Source of the DNA: Candidatus Cloacimonadales bacterium
Lineage (GTDB): Bacteria; Cloacimonadota; Cloacimonadia; Cloacimonadales; JAFGVF01
DNA length: 64,000 nt
Assembly (NCBI GenBank): GCA_963667035.1
Contig: OY762964.1
Location: 572,664-636,663 of the forward strand
Direction of reading: 5' to 3'
Part shown: positions 28,462 to 38,396 of the stretch, piece after piece
Position numbering within the stretch: position 1 is the stretch's first letter
Layout: each line of letters opens with the position of its first letter
Position numbers and translations under genes: made by a program
Notes under the pieces: generated by a model
The model's input: the letters and a program-made list of their open reading frames with translations, nothing else
What the model was told of the DNA's origin: nothing
Databases searched by the model: none

Positions 28462-31353
28462 ATGAGACTAAAGATAGTTTTTTCGATATTGTTACTGGTA
28501 TTGCTGTCCATATTGATAGCCAGACCTCATTTTGAGGAACCTACACCTACATATGAAACGGAACAATACTTTAAAAGTTATATTAGAGCTGATTCATTGC
28601 ATGGTTTTGATGTTGAGAAATATGAGATTTATCTATCCATTGATGATCAGGCACAATATATAAATGGAAATGTAATTGCAACGGTAACAGCAGAAGAGAA
28701 TCTTCAGTCGATAGAATGGGATCTTTGTGGGCTAACTGCAACAGCAGTTGAAGTTAATGGAATAATGCAGAATAATTTTTCACAAAATGATACTCATGTA
28801 ATAATTCCATTAGCAGGAATATCCAATGGTGATCAGTTCTCAACAACAGTTTACTATTCAGGTAATCCATCTTTGAGCCCTTCTCCTTATGGATGCGGGA
28901 TGTTCTTCAGAACCGGCTCTGTCTTCACTATTTCCGACCCGGATGCGTCACGATATTGGTGGCCATGCTATGATCATCCATGGGATAAAGCTTTAGTTGA
29001 TTTGCATGTAACCGTTAGAGACGATTGGGTCGCAGCATGTAACGGATTAAGAGATTCTATAGAGGATAATGGGGACGGTACGAGAACCCATCACTGGTTA
29101 GGCTCAAACCCTATGACTACATATCTTGCTTGTATAACAGCCGGTAATTATCAGGAACTTCCTTTGCAATACTACAACGATATACCAATTCAAGATTTTG
29201 TTTTACCTAATCAGGTAGCAAATGCAACTGAAGATTTATCTAGATTGCCTGATATGATGAGTGCTTTCTCCCAGATGTTTGGAGAGTATCCCTTTGAAAA
29301 ATACGGACAGACAACTGTAAGTATGGGAGTATATGGTGCTATGGAACATCAAACTATGACTACTCTCAATAGTTACATGATAACAGGAACACATCTTTAT
29401 GATACTACTTATGCTCATGAACTTGCTCATCAATGGTTTGGTAATTGCCTAAGCGTGCTTACTTTTAAAGATATATGGTTATCAGAGGGATTTGCTACAT
29501 ACTCAGAAGCTCTTTGGACTGAATATGATCAGGGATACGAAGCAATGTGCGAGTACTTTCAAGATAACATATCGGGTTATTATCTATCCTATGCAAATAG
29601 TCATGGACCTCAGACAACCTACGATCCAGCCTTCAATGCTATATTTACTCCGGTATCTTACGAGAAACCCGGCTCTGTTCTTCATATGCTAAGAGCAAGA
29701 GTGGGGAATGAGATGTTTTTCGATATTCTCCAATCCTGGTTTCAGGAGCACCATAATGGTAATGTGATTACTTCTGAGTTTCAAGCAAAATGCGAAGAGT
29801 TAACGGGAGAGGACTTTAGTCAGTTCTTTGACCAATGGATATATGGTTCCGGAATCCCGGAATTAGAATATAGTGTCTTTTACAACTATAATCTAGCCAT
29901 ACCTAGATATAAAGTATATGCTAAATCCATATCAAATACTGATACGGAATTTGTTCTTGATATTCCTTTCCATTACAATAGTCCTACTTTAGCAGATAGT
30001 TCGTTAGTACAAGCCGGACCGGAAGTAACAGAATCCATAGTACTTCTTAACTATATTCCTACCGGCTACAGCATAGACCCTAATAATTGGATGCTCTTGA
30101 GAGGAATGACAGAGAAAAGGGTAGAAATTGTTGATGCTTACGCCGGAGTCAGCAGTGCAAGGGTTTCTTGGTCTCCTTACTGGACAGATGTTCAACCTGT
30201 TGGTTACTATATCTATAGAGCTACATTTGACGGTCCGTTTATACTCCAAACAATAGAACCTATCACAGGAACCGAATGGGTAGACAGTGATTTATCTCCC
30301 GAGACAGAGTATTCTTACTATGTGGTTGCCGTTGATAATCAAGGTTTTGAATCAATGCCGTCTGAGACACGTATTGTTAGGACAATAGATATGCCAATGG
30401 ATCAGGGAATGCTTGTAGTTGATGAAACTAGAGATTTAGGCGGTACAATACTTTCTCCTAATGATCTGCAGGTAGACGATTTTTATAGAACAATATTCGA
30501 AGATATGATTTATACAGAATATGATTATGCTTCTCAAGGTACTATTACTTCTCAGATACTTGGACAGTATTCTACAGTTTTTTGGCATAATGATGATTTT
30601 ACCGAGTTGCTTATTAATGATAATCTAAATGCTTTAGGTAGCTACATTCTTGAAGGAGGAAATCTAATTCTCTCAGGGTTTAAGATTGCCGGACAAATTG
30701 ACCAGGATTTTCTTACTCAATACTTCCCTAACTTAACACCCATTTATGCAAATAATTCAGTGTTTGAATATGCATATAGTAATGAATATCCCAGCTTGAT
30801 AATAGATCAATCAAAGCTCCCTGCAAATTGGAATCAGAACCTCAGAATGACATATAGCTTCCCTAATTATTCCGAAAATGCTATCTATAATGCCGATTAT
30901 TCCGATACAGAGCCAACAGATGGTAATGGAGTTATTATAGCTACTGACACCGGAGGTTCTCTAACGATTAGCGGTATACCTCTATATATGTTTGAGATCG
31001 ACGGTGTGAGGAGTTTTCTTAATCAGTATATTGCTTCTATTGACGAATCAGTGAGTAATAATGAACAACAGCAGGAATTAGGGGTTATTGCTATTAATGC
31101 GTATCCGAATCCATTTAATCCCGAACTGAATATAAAAATAGAAGGTTTGAGTGATGAAAGGGTTGAAGTTTCTATATACAATGTCAAGGGACAGAAAGTA
31201 ATGGCTTTATTCAATGATGTTGTTAAAGGAAGCAAGGAGCTTGTTTGGTCAGGTAGAGATAGCAATAATCATAAAATGGGGTCAGGCATATATTTTGTGA
31301 AAGTCAAAACAGATAGTGTAGCAACTACTAGAAAGATAATATTGCTTAAATAG
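28462..31353 (+). CDS. secreted M1-family (aminopeptidase N-like) zinc metallopeptidase with a T9SS C-terminal sorting domain
   Basis: Signal peptide, gluzincin motif YAHELAHQWFGN … LSEGFATY (HEXXH-X18-E), Ig/FN3-like middle region, and a C-terminal INAYPNPFNPELNIKIE…KIILLK Por-secretion CTD. Confidence 0.75.
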   Translation: MRLKIVFSILLLVLLSILIARPHFEEPTPTYETEQYFKSYIRADSLHGFDVEKYEIYLSIDDQAQYINGNVIATVTAEENLQSIEWDLCGLTATAVEVNGIMQNNFSQNDTHVIIPLAGISNGDQFSTTVYYSGNPSLSPSPYGCGMFFRTGSVFTISDPDASRYWWPCYDHPWDKALVDLHVTVRDDWVAACNGLRDSIEDNGDGTRTHHWLGSNPMTTYLACITAGNYQELPLQYYNDIPIQDFVLPNQVANATEDLSRLPDMMSAFSQMFGEYPFEKYGQTTVSMGVYGAMEHQTMTTLNSYMITGTHLYDTTYAHELAHQWFGNCLSVLTFKDIWLSEGFATYSEALWTEYDQGYEAMCEYFQDNISGYYLSYANSHGPQTTYDPAFNAIFTPVSYEKPGSVLHMLRARVGNEMFFDILQSWFQEHHNGNVITSEFQAKCEELTGEDFSQFFDQWIYGSGIPELEYSVFYNYNLAIPRYKVYAKSISNTDTEFVLDIPFHYNSPTLADSSLVQAGPEVTESIVLLNYIPTGYSIDPNNWMLLRGMTEKRVEIVDAYAGVSSARVSWSPYWTDVQPVGYYIYRATFDGPFILQTIEPITGTEWVDSDLSPETEYSYYVVAVDNQGFESMPSETRIVRTIDMPMDQGMLVVDETRDLGGTILSPNDLQVDDFYRTIFEDMIYTEYDYASQGTITSQILGQYSTVFWHNDDFTELLINDNLNALGSYILEGGNLILSGFKIAGQIDQDFLTQYFPNLTPIYANNSVFEYAYSNEYPSLIIDQSKLPANWNQNLRMTYSFPNYSENAIYNADYSDTEPTDGNGVIIATDTGGSLTISGIPLYMFEIDGVRSFLNQYIASIDESVSNNEQQQELGVIAINAYPNPFNPELNIKIEGLSDERVEVSIYNVKGQKVMALFNDVVKGSKELVWSGRDSNNHKMGSGIYFVKVKTDSVATTRKIILLK

Positions 31354-31537
31354 CATAAACTATTCCTAATAGAAGGTCATGGATTTCCATGACCTTTTTG
31401 GTGCAGCGAAAACCAACGGCTGATCTGGTGGTCATGATTATAGTTGGAATGTGCATTGAATGCAAAACGAGGAATAAATAGTTTGACAGGCATGTCTGTT
31501 TATGATATCAAAAATCATACTATATTTAGGAGGAAAT

Positions 31538-32464
31538 ATGAAAGCTTTATTTGCTTTGATAATGATAATAGTTTCATTGATAGTCTTAGGGATTGCCAAG
31601 TCAGTTCCTGATCGAACCAAACAGATTAGAAGAATAGGTTTAATCATGATTCTAGTTTTTGGTGTTATGTTTGTATTGCAGAGTGTTCAGATAATTAATG
31701 CCGGTGAAGTTGGTGTGCAGATAGTGTTTGGAAAAGTACAGAAACATGTTCTGATGGAAGGTATTAATTTCAAGAATCCCTTTGCAGATGTATCTAATTT
31801 TACAATTCGTTTGAAAGAATACACAATGTCAAGCACCAGAGGAGAAGGAAGCATAAACGGTGATGATTCTATAACAGCCTTAACTCGAGATAATCTTGAG
31901 ATAAAGATTGATGTGTCTATTTGGTATGCTCTTGATCCTACAAAAGCAGCAGATATTTATAGGTCAATTGCAAAGGATGACTTAACTTTTATGAATTCTA
32001 TTGTAAGACCAGCTATCAGAACAGCTATTCGTGATATTACCGCTGAGTTAACTTTTACCGAGATAATCGAAGCTCGAGAGAAGTTCACAAAAGATATTTA
32101 TGCATCTTTCCAGGAGATTACTGATAATAAGGGTGTAATCGGAGATAAAGTGCTAATTAGGAATGTAACTCCTCCACCAACGGTTAAAGGTGCAATTGAA
32201 AAGAAGCTCATGCAACAGCAAGAGCTTGCTGCTAAAGAATATGAACTTGATAAGATGAGAAAGGATGCAGAGATTAGAAGAGTAGAAGCTCAAGGTATTG
32301 CAGATGCTCAGGCAATTATTCAAAAGAAACTGACTCCTCTTTATGTTCAATATCTAGCAATTGAATCATATAAAGAACTGGCTAATTCAGAGAATACTAC
32401 TTTTGTAATTTTACCAACAAATCCTGAAGCAGCAGGAATGCCACTGATTCTCAACGCTAAATAA
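31538..32464 (+). CDS. SPFH/band-7 (prohibitin/HflC-like) membrane protein
   Basis: N-terminal TM anchor, a band-7 core (GEVGVQIVFGKV…) and a C-terminal coiled-coil. ATG at 31538 follows an AGGAGGAAAT RBS. Confidence 0.7.
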   Translation: MKALFALIMIIVSLIVLGIAKSVPDRTKQIRRIGLIMILVFGVMFVLQSVQIINAGEVGVQIVFGKVQKHVLMEGINFKNPFADVSNFTIRLKEYTMSSTRGEGSINGDDSITALTRDNLEIKIDVSIWYALDPTKAADIYRSIAKDDLTFMNSIVRPAIRTAIRDITAELTFTEIIEAREKFTKDIYASFQEITDNKGVIGDKVLIRNVTPPPTVKGAIEKKLMQQQELAAKEYELDKMRKDAEIRRVEAQGIADAQAIIQKKLTPLYVQYLAIESYKELANSENTTFVILPTNPEAAGMPLILNAK

Positions 32465-32482
32465 ATTGATTACTTTGTTACG

Positions 32483-32518
32483 AAGGACCATAGATTACTT
32501 ACTTATGGTCCTTTTTTT
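32483..32518 (+). terminator. rho-independent terminator
   Basis: AAGGACCATA-loop-TATGGTCCTT hairpin followed by TTTTTTG. Confidence 0.75.
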
Positions 32519-32619
32519 GTTTTAGTGATTATCATTCATGATAGGAATATTTTCCTTGACAGTCTGTATTTATAACAGAGAATCTAAGCAAGAGGTATTT
32601 ATTTCAGCAAAGGTGAAAC

Positions 32620-34167
32620 ATGAAAAAGATAGTATTATTACTTCTTATCTTGGCTATTGGGGTCATACTGTTTTCTGAAACCGATAATGACCATAAAGCC
32701 CTATTAGATAAGTTTCTTAAGCAAGCGAAAACTCAGGTTAATGAAGATCCTAGCATCAGTGTTCAATATGCTGAGACAGGAGTAAGTTATTCAAAAGAGA
32801 ATAATTTACCGGAGTATGAAGCAGAGTTCTATCTGATTTTGGGAGTTGCGTATGAGAATCTCAAAATTGAGGATAAGCTTCTCAAAGCATATAAAAATGC
32901 CTTAATTATTTATTCCAAACTTAAAGATGACTATGGTAAGATTACAGTTATAAACAAAATTGCTGAATATAATTACAATATTTTCAGGTTAACTGAAGCT
33001 GCTGATTTCTACGAGCGTTCTTTAAAATTGTATCAAAAGCATAATGATATGACCGGAGAGATGCACATTAACTATGCTCTTGCAGTATTATACTATGATG
33101 CGGATGATTACGAACGAGCTTATGCATATCTTGAAATTGCTGATAGAGTTAAAGAAGCCCTTGGCAAGATTATGGGTGAAGATGCACCTGATATTAAAGA
33201 TATACTAAATCAACAACAACGTAAGCGTTTAAGTGAATTAGTAGAGAAGAAGAAGCTTGATGAAATTAAAGAAAAAAGCAGAGTTAGTAGAAAAGATAAA
33301 TCTCAAGTAAAAGATATTAGAGATGATAGTAAAGAGAAAGAATTAGAACAAAAACTGAAGAGAACCGAAGTAGAAGTAAAAGCTAAAGAAATAGAAGTAA
33401 ATGAACTCATTTCGACTCTTACCAAACAAGAAAACCAACTTATTGAGCATTATGTTACTCAAAAAGTTAATGAAGGAAGAATTAAATCATTACGCTCGAG
33501 AAACTTTCTTCTGATTCTTTTTCTAATCATTGTTGTTATAAACATGATTCTTATTATAAGAAGCTATCTTGGGAAAGTGAGATCTAATAATGAGCTTTTA
33601 AAAGCACATGAGTTAATTAAAAAGCAAAATAACCAGCTAACAAAAGCTTATGATCAAATAGAGCGAATTTCTCGTATAGATCCACTTACTAAGGTTTTTA
33701 ATCGTAGAGATATGGAAGAAAAAATGCTAGATGCAGTTAATCTCTTTGAGCGTGAGATGAACCCATTTTCGTTCTTACTTCTTGATATTGATTTATTCAA
33801 GAATATTAATGACACTTATGGTCACGATGCAGGTGATTATGTTCTTAAGACTCTTGCCGCTTTACTCAAGACATCTTTACGTAAGATTGATAACATCTCA
33901 AGATGGGGTGGCGAGGAGTTTCTTATCTTGTTGAATAAAACAGGAGAAGAAGGAGCTAGAGTAGCTGCCGAAAAGATACGTAAAGCAGTTGAGGACTTTA
34001 TGTTCGAATACAATGACAATACTTTTAATATAACTGTTTCAGTTGGTTACAGCACATATAATGAATTAAGAGAAGTTCACGAAGTAATCAAAGAAGCAGA
34101 TGTTGCTTTATATAGAGCAAAACAGAACGGCCGCAATCAATGTGCTAAATACGAGGAAAACAATTAG
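32620..34167 (+). CDS. membrane-anchored diguanylate cyclase (TPR, coiled coil, TM, GGDEF)
   Basis: Signal/TM, TPR-like N-terminal region, a long coiled-coil, a TM helix ([17 protein letters not shown]), and a GGDEF domain with an intact GGEEF active site ([11 protein letters not shown]) and a DxLT motif. Confidence 0.8.
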   Translation: MKKIVLLLLILAIGVILFSETDNDHKALLDKFLKQAKTQVNEDPSISVQYAETGVSYSKENNLPEYEAEFYLILGVAYENLKIEDKLLKAYKNALIIYSKLKDDYGKITVINKIAEYNYNIFRLTEAADFYERSLKLYQKHNDMTGEMHINYALAVLYYDADDYERAYAYLEIADRVKEALGKIMGEDAPDIKDILNQQQRKRLSELVEKKKLDEIKEKSRVSRKDKSQVKDIRDDSKEKELEQKLKRTEVEVKAKEIEVNELISTLTKQENQLIEHYVTQKVNEGRIKSLRSRNFLLILFLIIVVINMILIIRSYLGKVRSNNELLKAHELIKKQNNQLTKAYDQIERISRIDPLTKVFNRRDMEEKMLDAVNLFEREMNPFSFLLLDIDLFKNINDTYGHDAGDYVLKTLAALLKTSLRKIDNISRWGGEEFLILLNKTGEEGARVAAEKIRKAVEDFMFEYNDNTFNITVSVGYSTYNELREVHEVIKEADVALYRAKQNGRNQCAKYEENN

Positions 34168-34967
34168 TGAGTAATGTTTCTTATGCTTTAGGTTTAACTC
34201 TCTTTGCAGGATTAAGCACGGGTATAGGCAGTCTTTTCGCTTTTATTTCAAAAAAGACAGACGCTAAATTTTTATCAGTTTCTTTAGGATTCTCAGCGGG
34301 AGTAATGATTTATGTGTCATTTGTTGAGATTTTTCTCAAAGCTAAGAATGCTTTAATCCCGGTTTATGGAGTTAAAACAGGTACATGGTATACTGTTTTA
34401 GGTTTTTTCGCAGGAATGTTTCTTATTGCTATTATTGATAAACTGGTCCCGTCTTATGAGAATCCTCATGAGATTACTAAACTTGACGAAGACTTAACGA
34501 AGAATAAAGATAAGAAGAATCTCATGAGAATGGGAATTCTTTCCGCTTTGGCAATTACAATACATAATTTCCCCGAAGGCTTAGCAACTTTTGCTTCAGC
34601 TATGAAAGATCCTACCCTTGGAGTCAGCATTGCAATAGCTATAGCAATACATAACATTCCTGAGGGTATAGCTGTTTCAGTTCCTATCTTTTATGCTACA
34701 GGTTCAAAGAAAAAGGCTTTTGTCTATTCATTCTTATCTGGATTATCAGAGCCAGTAGGTGCAGTGTTAGGATATTTTCTACTAAAAACGATATTCAATG
34801 ATACAACTTTTGGTATTATCTTCGCCTCGGTTGCCGGTATCATGGTTTATATTTCTCTTGATCAGTTGCTTCCTACAGCAGAGGAGTATGGAGAACACCA
34901 CCTTAGTATTTGGGGTATGGTTGCCGGCATGATGCTAATGGCGTTAAGTTTACTATTATTCCTTTAA
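34167..34967 (+). CDS. zupT: ZIP-family zinc transporter
   Basis: Conserved ZIP metal-binding helices HNFPEGLA and HNIPEGIAV. About 265 aa with 8 TM. GTG start overlaps the preceding stop. Confidence 0.75.
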   Translation: MSNVSYALGLTLFAGLSTGIGSLFAFISKKTDAKFLSVSLGFSAGVMIYVSFVEIFLKAKNALIPVYGVKTGTWYTVLGFFAGMFLIAIIDKLVPSYENPHEITKLDEDLTKNKDKKNLMRMGILSALAITIHNFPEGLATFASAMKDPTLGVSIAIAIAIHNIPEGIAVSVPIFYATGSKKKAFVYSFLSGLSEPVGAVLGYFLLKTIFNDTTFGIIFASVAGIMVYISLDQLLPTAEEYGEHHLSIWGMVAGMMLMALSLLLFL

Positions 34968-35384
34968 TCAGTCTATTTGATTACCATAAATATACCATCT
35001 TCCACCTTCTTTATGAAGGTAAGATAGATTTCCAAAAGTCAAGGGCTCTTGGTATATCTCTTCAGATTCGCCTGTAAATGTTACTATAAAGCTTACTTCT
35101 GCGAAGTTATCTCCAACACTGTTTATTTCCAAGTTATCGAAAGTGAGTTGAGAATAGTTTTCTCTTTTATCTCTCCACCAGTCTTCTTCAGTCCAGATTG
35201 TTCTGCCGTTATGCATAAAATCATCTGAGTATTTATCATAGATATCGTCCAACTCATACAGTAAGAAATCATAACTAATCTGGTTATAGAATTCTTTGAT
35301 ATTATAGTTGTCTGCTTCTTTTGGCTTTGATACATCGCATCCTGCGATTGATAATATGACTAATAATATGAGGATGTATTTCAT
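34968..35384 (-). CDS. small lipoprotein of unknown function
   Basis: MKYILILLVILSIAGC lipobox. Its ATG overlaps the TGA of the upstream rlmD-like gene (ATGA overlap). Confidence 0.5.
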   Translation of the reverse strand: MKYILILLVILSIAGCDVSKPKEADNYNIKEFYNQISYDFLLYELDDIYDKYSDDFMHNGRTIWTEEDWWRDKRENYSQLTFDNLEINSVGDNFAEVSFIVTFTGESEEIYQEPLTFGNLSYLHKEGGRWYIYGNQID

Positions 35385-36706
35385 TTTCTTTCCAATACTA
35401 TTATGTTTTCTATATGCCAAGTATATGGGAACATATCAAATGGTTGAATATCTTTTATTATGTATCCTTCTTCAAGAAATTGCTTTAAATCTCTTACTTG
35501 AGTTGATGGATTACAACTGATGTATATAATGTTTTTAACTCCCAGACCTGATGTAGCTGATATTATGGACTTAGTCATTCCTTTTCTGGGTGGGTCGAAA
35601 ATAATTGTATCCGGGGTGGTTTTTTTGAATATCTCAGGGAGGACAGATTCTACATCTCCACAGTAATAATGGCAATTGGACATGTTATTTCTTTCTGCAT
35701 TCTCTTTTGCATCTTTTACTGCTTCTTCAACTGATTCAATACCAATAATCTCTTTGCATAGATCACTTAATGCAATACCAATGCTTCCGGTACCGCAATA
35801 TGCATCAATTACTACAGAATCTTTGGTAAGATATTCAGAGACATACCTAAGCATTGCTTCTGCTTGAGGAGTGTTTACTTGGAAAAATGATTGATAGTTA
35901 ATTCTGAATGTTTTACCGCAGAGTATATCGTACAAGTATGGCACACCGTATAGAATTTTCTCTTGCTCCCCCAGAATCCTGTTACCGTTTGTAGGATTAA
36001 TATTCTGTATTATCCCCTTTACTTGAGGGAATTCATCTGTTAGACGCTTTACCAGTTGCTTTGTGAAAGGTAGTTTAGAGGATTTAGTAACTAGTATGAT
36101 AAGCAATTCTTCGGTAACTTCTGAATATCGGATTCCAACATGCCTTAACAGACCACTCTGCTTCTTTTCATCATAAATCTTTACTTTTGCAGAGATAATG
36201 TAATCTTTAATCACATCCATTATTCGTTTATATAGGGGAGGGTGAAGTAAACAATCTTCGTGCTCAATGACATCATGACTTTGATTGGCAAACATCCCTA
36301 TCAATGGAGAGTCTGTTGTTCCTCCAACAGGCATGAAGCTCTTGTTGCGATAATATCTTTCCTGAGGAGAAGGTGAAACCGATTTCACATGAAAGTCTAT
36401 ATCTCTGAATAATTCTCTGATAATGGTTGTTTTATATTCTATCTGTTTAGCGTATTCAAGGTGAGACCAATTACAACCGCCGCATTTAGAAAATGCTGTG
36501 CATTCAGGTTCAATATAATCCGGAGAATGTGATACATACTTGTTAATCTCAGCAAAAAGAGATCTCTTCTTTGTGTACTTTACCTTGACATCAACTATGT
36601 CTCCGGGAAGTGCAGAAGGGACAAAAACGCTTTGTCCCTCCCAAAATCCGAGACCATAGCCACCGAATACCGGCTTTTCTATCTTTAAACTTTTAATGTT
36701 TTTCAT
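35381..36706 (-). CDS. 23S rRNA (uracil-C5)-methyltransferase RlmD/RumA family
   Basis: N-terminal TRAM domain, a 4-Cys Fe-S cluster (C…CGGC…C), SAM-binding motif DAYCGTGSIG, and an FDPPRKG motif with a catalytic Cys near the C-terminus. Confidence 0.8.
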   Translation of the reverse strand: MKNIKSLKIEKPVFGGYGLGFWEGQSVFVPSALPGDIVDVKVKYTKKRSLFAEINKYVSHSPDYIEPECTAFSKCGGCNWSHLEYAKQIEYKTTIIRELFRDIDFHVKSVSPSPQERYYRNKSFMPVGGTTDSPLIGMFANQSHDVIEHEDCLLHPPLYKRIMDVIKDYIISAKVKIYDEKKQSGLLRHVGIRYSEVTEELLIILVTKSSKLPFTKQLVKRLTDEFPQVKGIIQNINPTNGNRILGEQEKILYGVPYLYDILCGKTFRINYQSFFQVNTPQAEAMLRYVSEYLTKDSVVIDAYCGTGSIGIALSDLCKEIIGIESVEEAVKDAKENAERNNMSNCHYYCGDVESVLPEIFKKTTPDTIIFDPPRKGMTKSIISATSGLGVKNIIYISCNPSTQVRDLKQFLEEGYIIKDIQPFDMFPYTWHIENIIVLERK

Positions 36707-37414
36707 TTATCCTTTGATTGGCATAAACCTTATTTTCCAAACATTCCAGATTGCTTCGTAGACAATTTCGGAAGACATCTTAGATTGACCGTCTCTTCTT
36801 TCTGTGAATACTATTGGCATTTCTTTTATTCTGAACTTCTTCTGCCAGGCTCTATATTTCATTTCAATTTGGAATGAGTATCCATCAGATATTATTGAAT
36901 CAAAATCTATGCTTTCAAGTACTTCTCTTCTATAGCACTTAAAACCCGCTGTAGGGTCTTTGAAAGGCATTCCGGTTATTGCCCTAACATACCAAGAAGC
37001 AAAATAACTCAGTAACAATCTTTTAAAAGGCCAGTTCACAACATTAATACCATCGCAATAACGAGAACCGATAATCAAGTCTTTATGCTCAATCTCTTTA
37101 AGCATTCTTAGAATATCATCCGGATTATGCGAGAAGTCAGCGTCCATCTCAACAATGAAATCGTATCCATGTTCAAGTGCATACTTAAAACCGGCAATGT
37201 AAGCAGTTCCCAGTCCTTGTTTACCCTTTCTCTTCATCAGGTGTAAACGTTGATGGTCGGAAAGTAGTTGCTCAACAAGTTTTCCTGTTCCGTCAGGGGA
37301 GTTGTCATCGACTATCAATATCTCTAATTCATCATTTAGATTTAGAACATAGTCAATGATTTTGGGAGCATTCTCTATCTCATTATATGTTGGTATTATT
37401 ATTAAAGTACTCAT
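36707..37414 (-). CDS. family-2 glycosyltransferase (polyprenyl-phosphate sugar synthase, DPM1-like)
   Basis: IIIPTYNEIEN and VDDNSPDGT (DxD-like) motifs of GT2. About 235 aa, typical of polyprenol-monophosphate glycosyl synthases. Confidence 0.7.
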   Translation of the reverse strand: MSTLIIIPTYNEIENAPKIIDYVLNLNDELEILIVDDNSPDGTGKLVEQLLSDHQRLHLMKRKGKQGLGTAYIAGFKYALEHGYDFIVEMDADFSHNPDDILRMLKEIEHKDLIIGSRYCDGINVVNWPFKRLLLSYFASWYVRAITGMPFKDPTAGFKCYRREVLESIDFDSIISDGYSFQIEMKYRAWQKKFRIKEMPIVFTERRDGQSKMSSEIVYEAIWNVWKIRFMPIKG

Positions 37415-37434
37415 TATATCTTCCTTACGAGAGC

Positions 37435-38205
37435 TTATTTGTCCAGATTGTTCTCCAGACGTTGTCCCTCTAAAACATCTCTTATCTCTCTAGACGGATG
37501 GCCAAGATAAAGCTTTCCGGGTGCCGTGTCCTTGCTTACAAGAGTTCCTGCAGCAATCTGACTATCCTCACCAATTACTTTTCCGGGAAGTATAGTTGCA
37601 TTAACTCCAATTCTTCCACCACGTTTTATTGTTACGCCCTTGAAATGTTCGTAACGCTCTTTATCTCTTGCCATATAGTTATCGTTACTTGTTGCTACGC
37701 ATGGAGCAACAAAACAATAATCCTCTACTTCAGAGTATGCTGTAATGTAAGCATTTGTTTCGAATTTATTTCTGTCACCAATCTTAACAAAATTCTCTAT
37801 AGTTACATTACGTCCTACTATGTTTAGATTTCCTATTGTCACATTTTCTCTTACGGTTGCTAAATCTGCTACCAAGTTGTTGTCACCAATGGTTGCTTGA
37901 CAATATATCACAACATTAGCTCCAATCTGACAGAGTTTTCCAATTCTAGCCGGTTCCATGTTATCGGCAACTTTGAATATACTTCTTGGTGAACTTAAAG
38001 GTCTTTTCCCAATTATGGTATTAGCATCAACTCTAACACCTTCACCAATAACACTATTACTATATATTACAACGTTATGTCCAATAAGACAATTATCGCC
38101 TATTTCAACGTTATCTTCTATTACTACGTTAAAACCTAATTTAACATTTTCTCCTATTTTTGCTTTTTGAGAAATATATCCGGTTGTTTGCATTAAAGCC
38201 TCCAA
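37435..38205 (-). CDS. hexapeptide-repeat (left-handed beta-helix) acyl/acetyltransferase
   Basis: Many tandem [LIV]-G-x-x-x-x hexapeptide repeats throughout (IGENVKLGFNVVIEDNVEIGDNCLIGHNVVI…). Confidence 0.6.
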   Translation of the reverse strand: MEALMQTTGYISQKAKIGENVKLGFNVVIEDNVEIGDNCLIGHNVVIYSNSVIGEGVRVDANTIIGKRPLSSPRSIFKVADNMEPARIGKLCQIGANVVIYCQATIGDNNLVADLATVRENVTIGNLNIVGRNVTIENFVKIGDRNKFETNAYITAYSEVEDYCFVAPCVATSNDNYMARDKERYEHFKGVTIKRGGRIGVNATILPGKVIGEDSQIAAGTLVSKDTAPGKLYLGHPSREIRDVLEGQRLENNLDK

Positions 38206-38396
38206 TATGATAATACTTGAACAGAAATTGCGTTACACTTTTAGTCAAGAAAATATCTCCTTCAATGACTTGAATAATAAACAATGTGACTCTCTATTCT
38301 CTTCAGAAATCAATTAATATGCCTTGTTTGTACAATTTGATTGACAAACAAATAATTACTATTAACAATCAATACAAACACATATAAGGAGTAACT

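Noticed and set aside
31438-31647. 69-aa minus-strand ORF overlapping the start of the SPFH gene
   Set aside because: It overlaps the RBS and N-terminus of a well-supported gene, has no motif, and sits in a likely promoter region.
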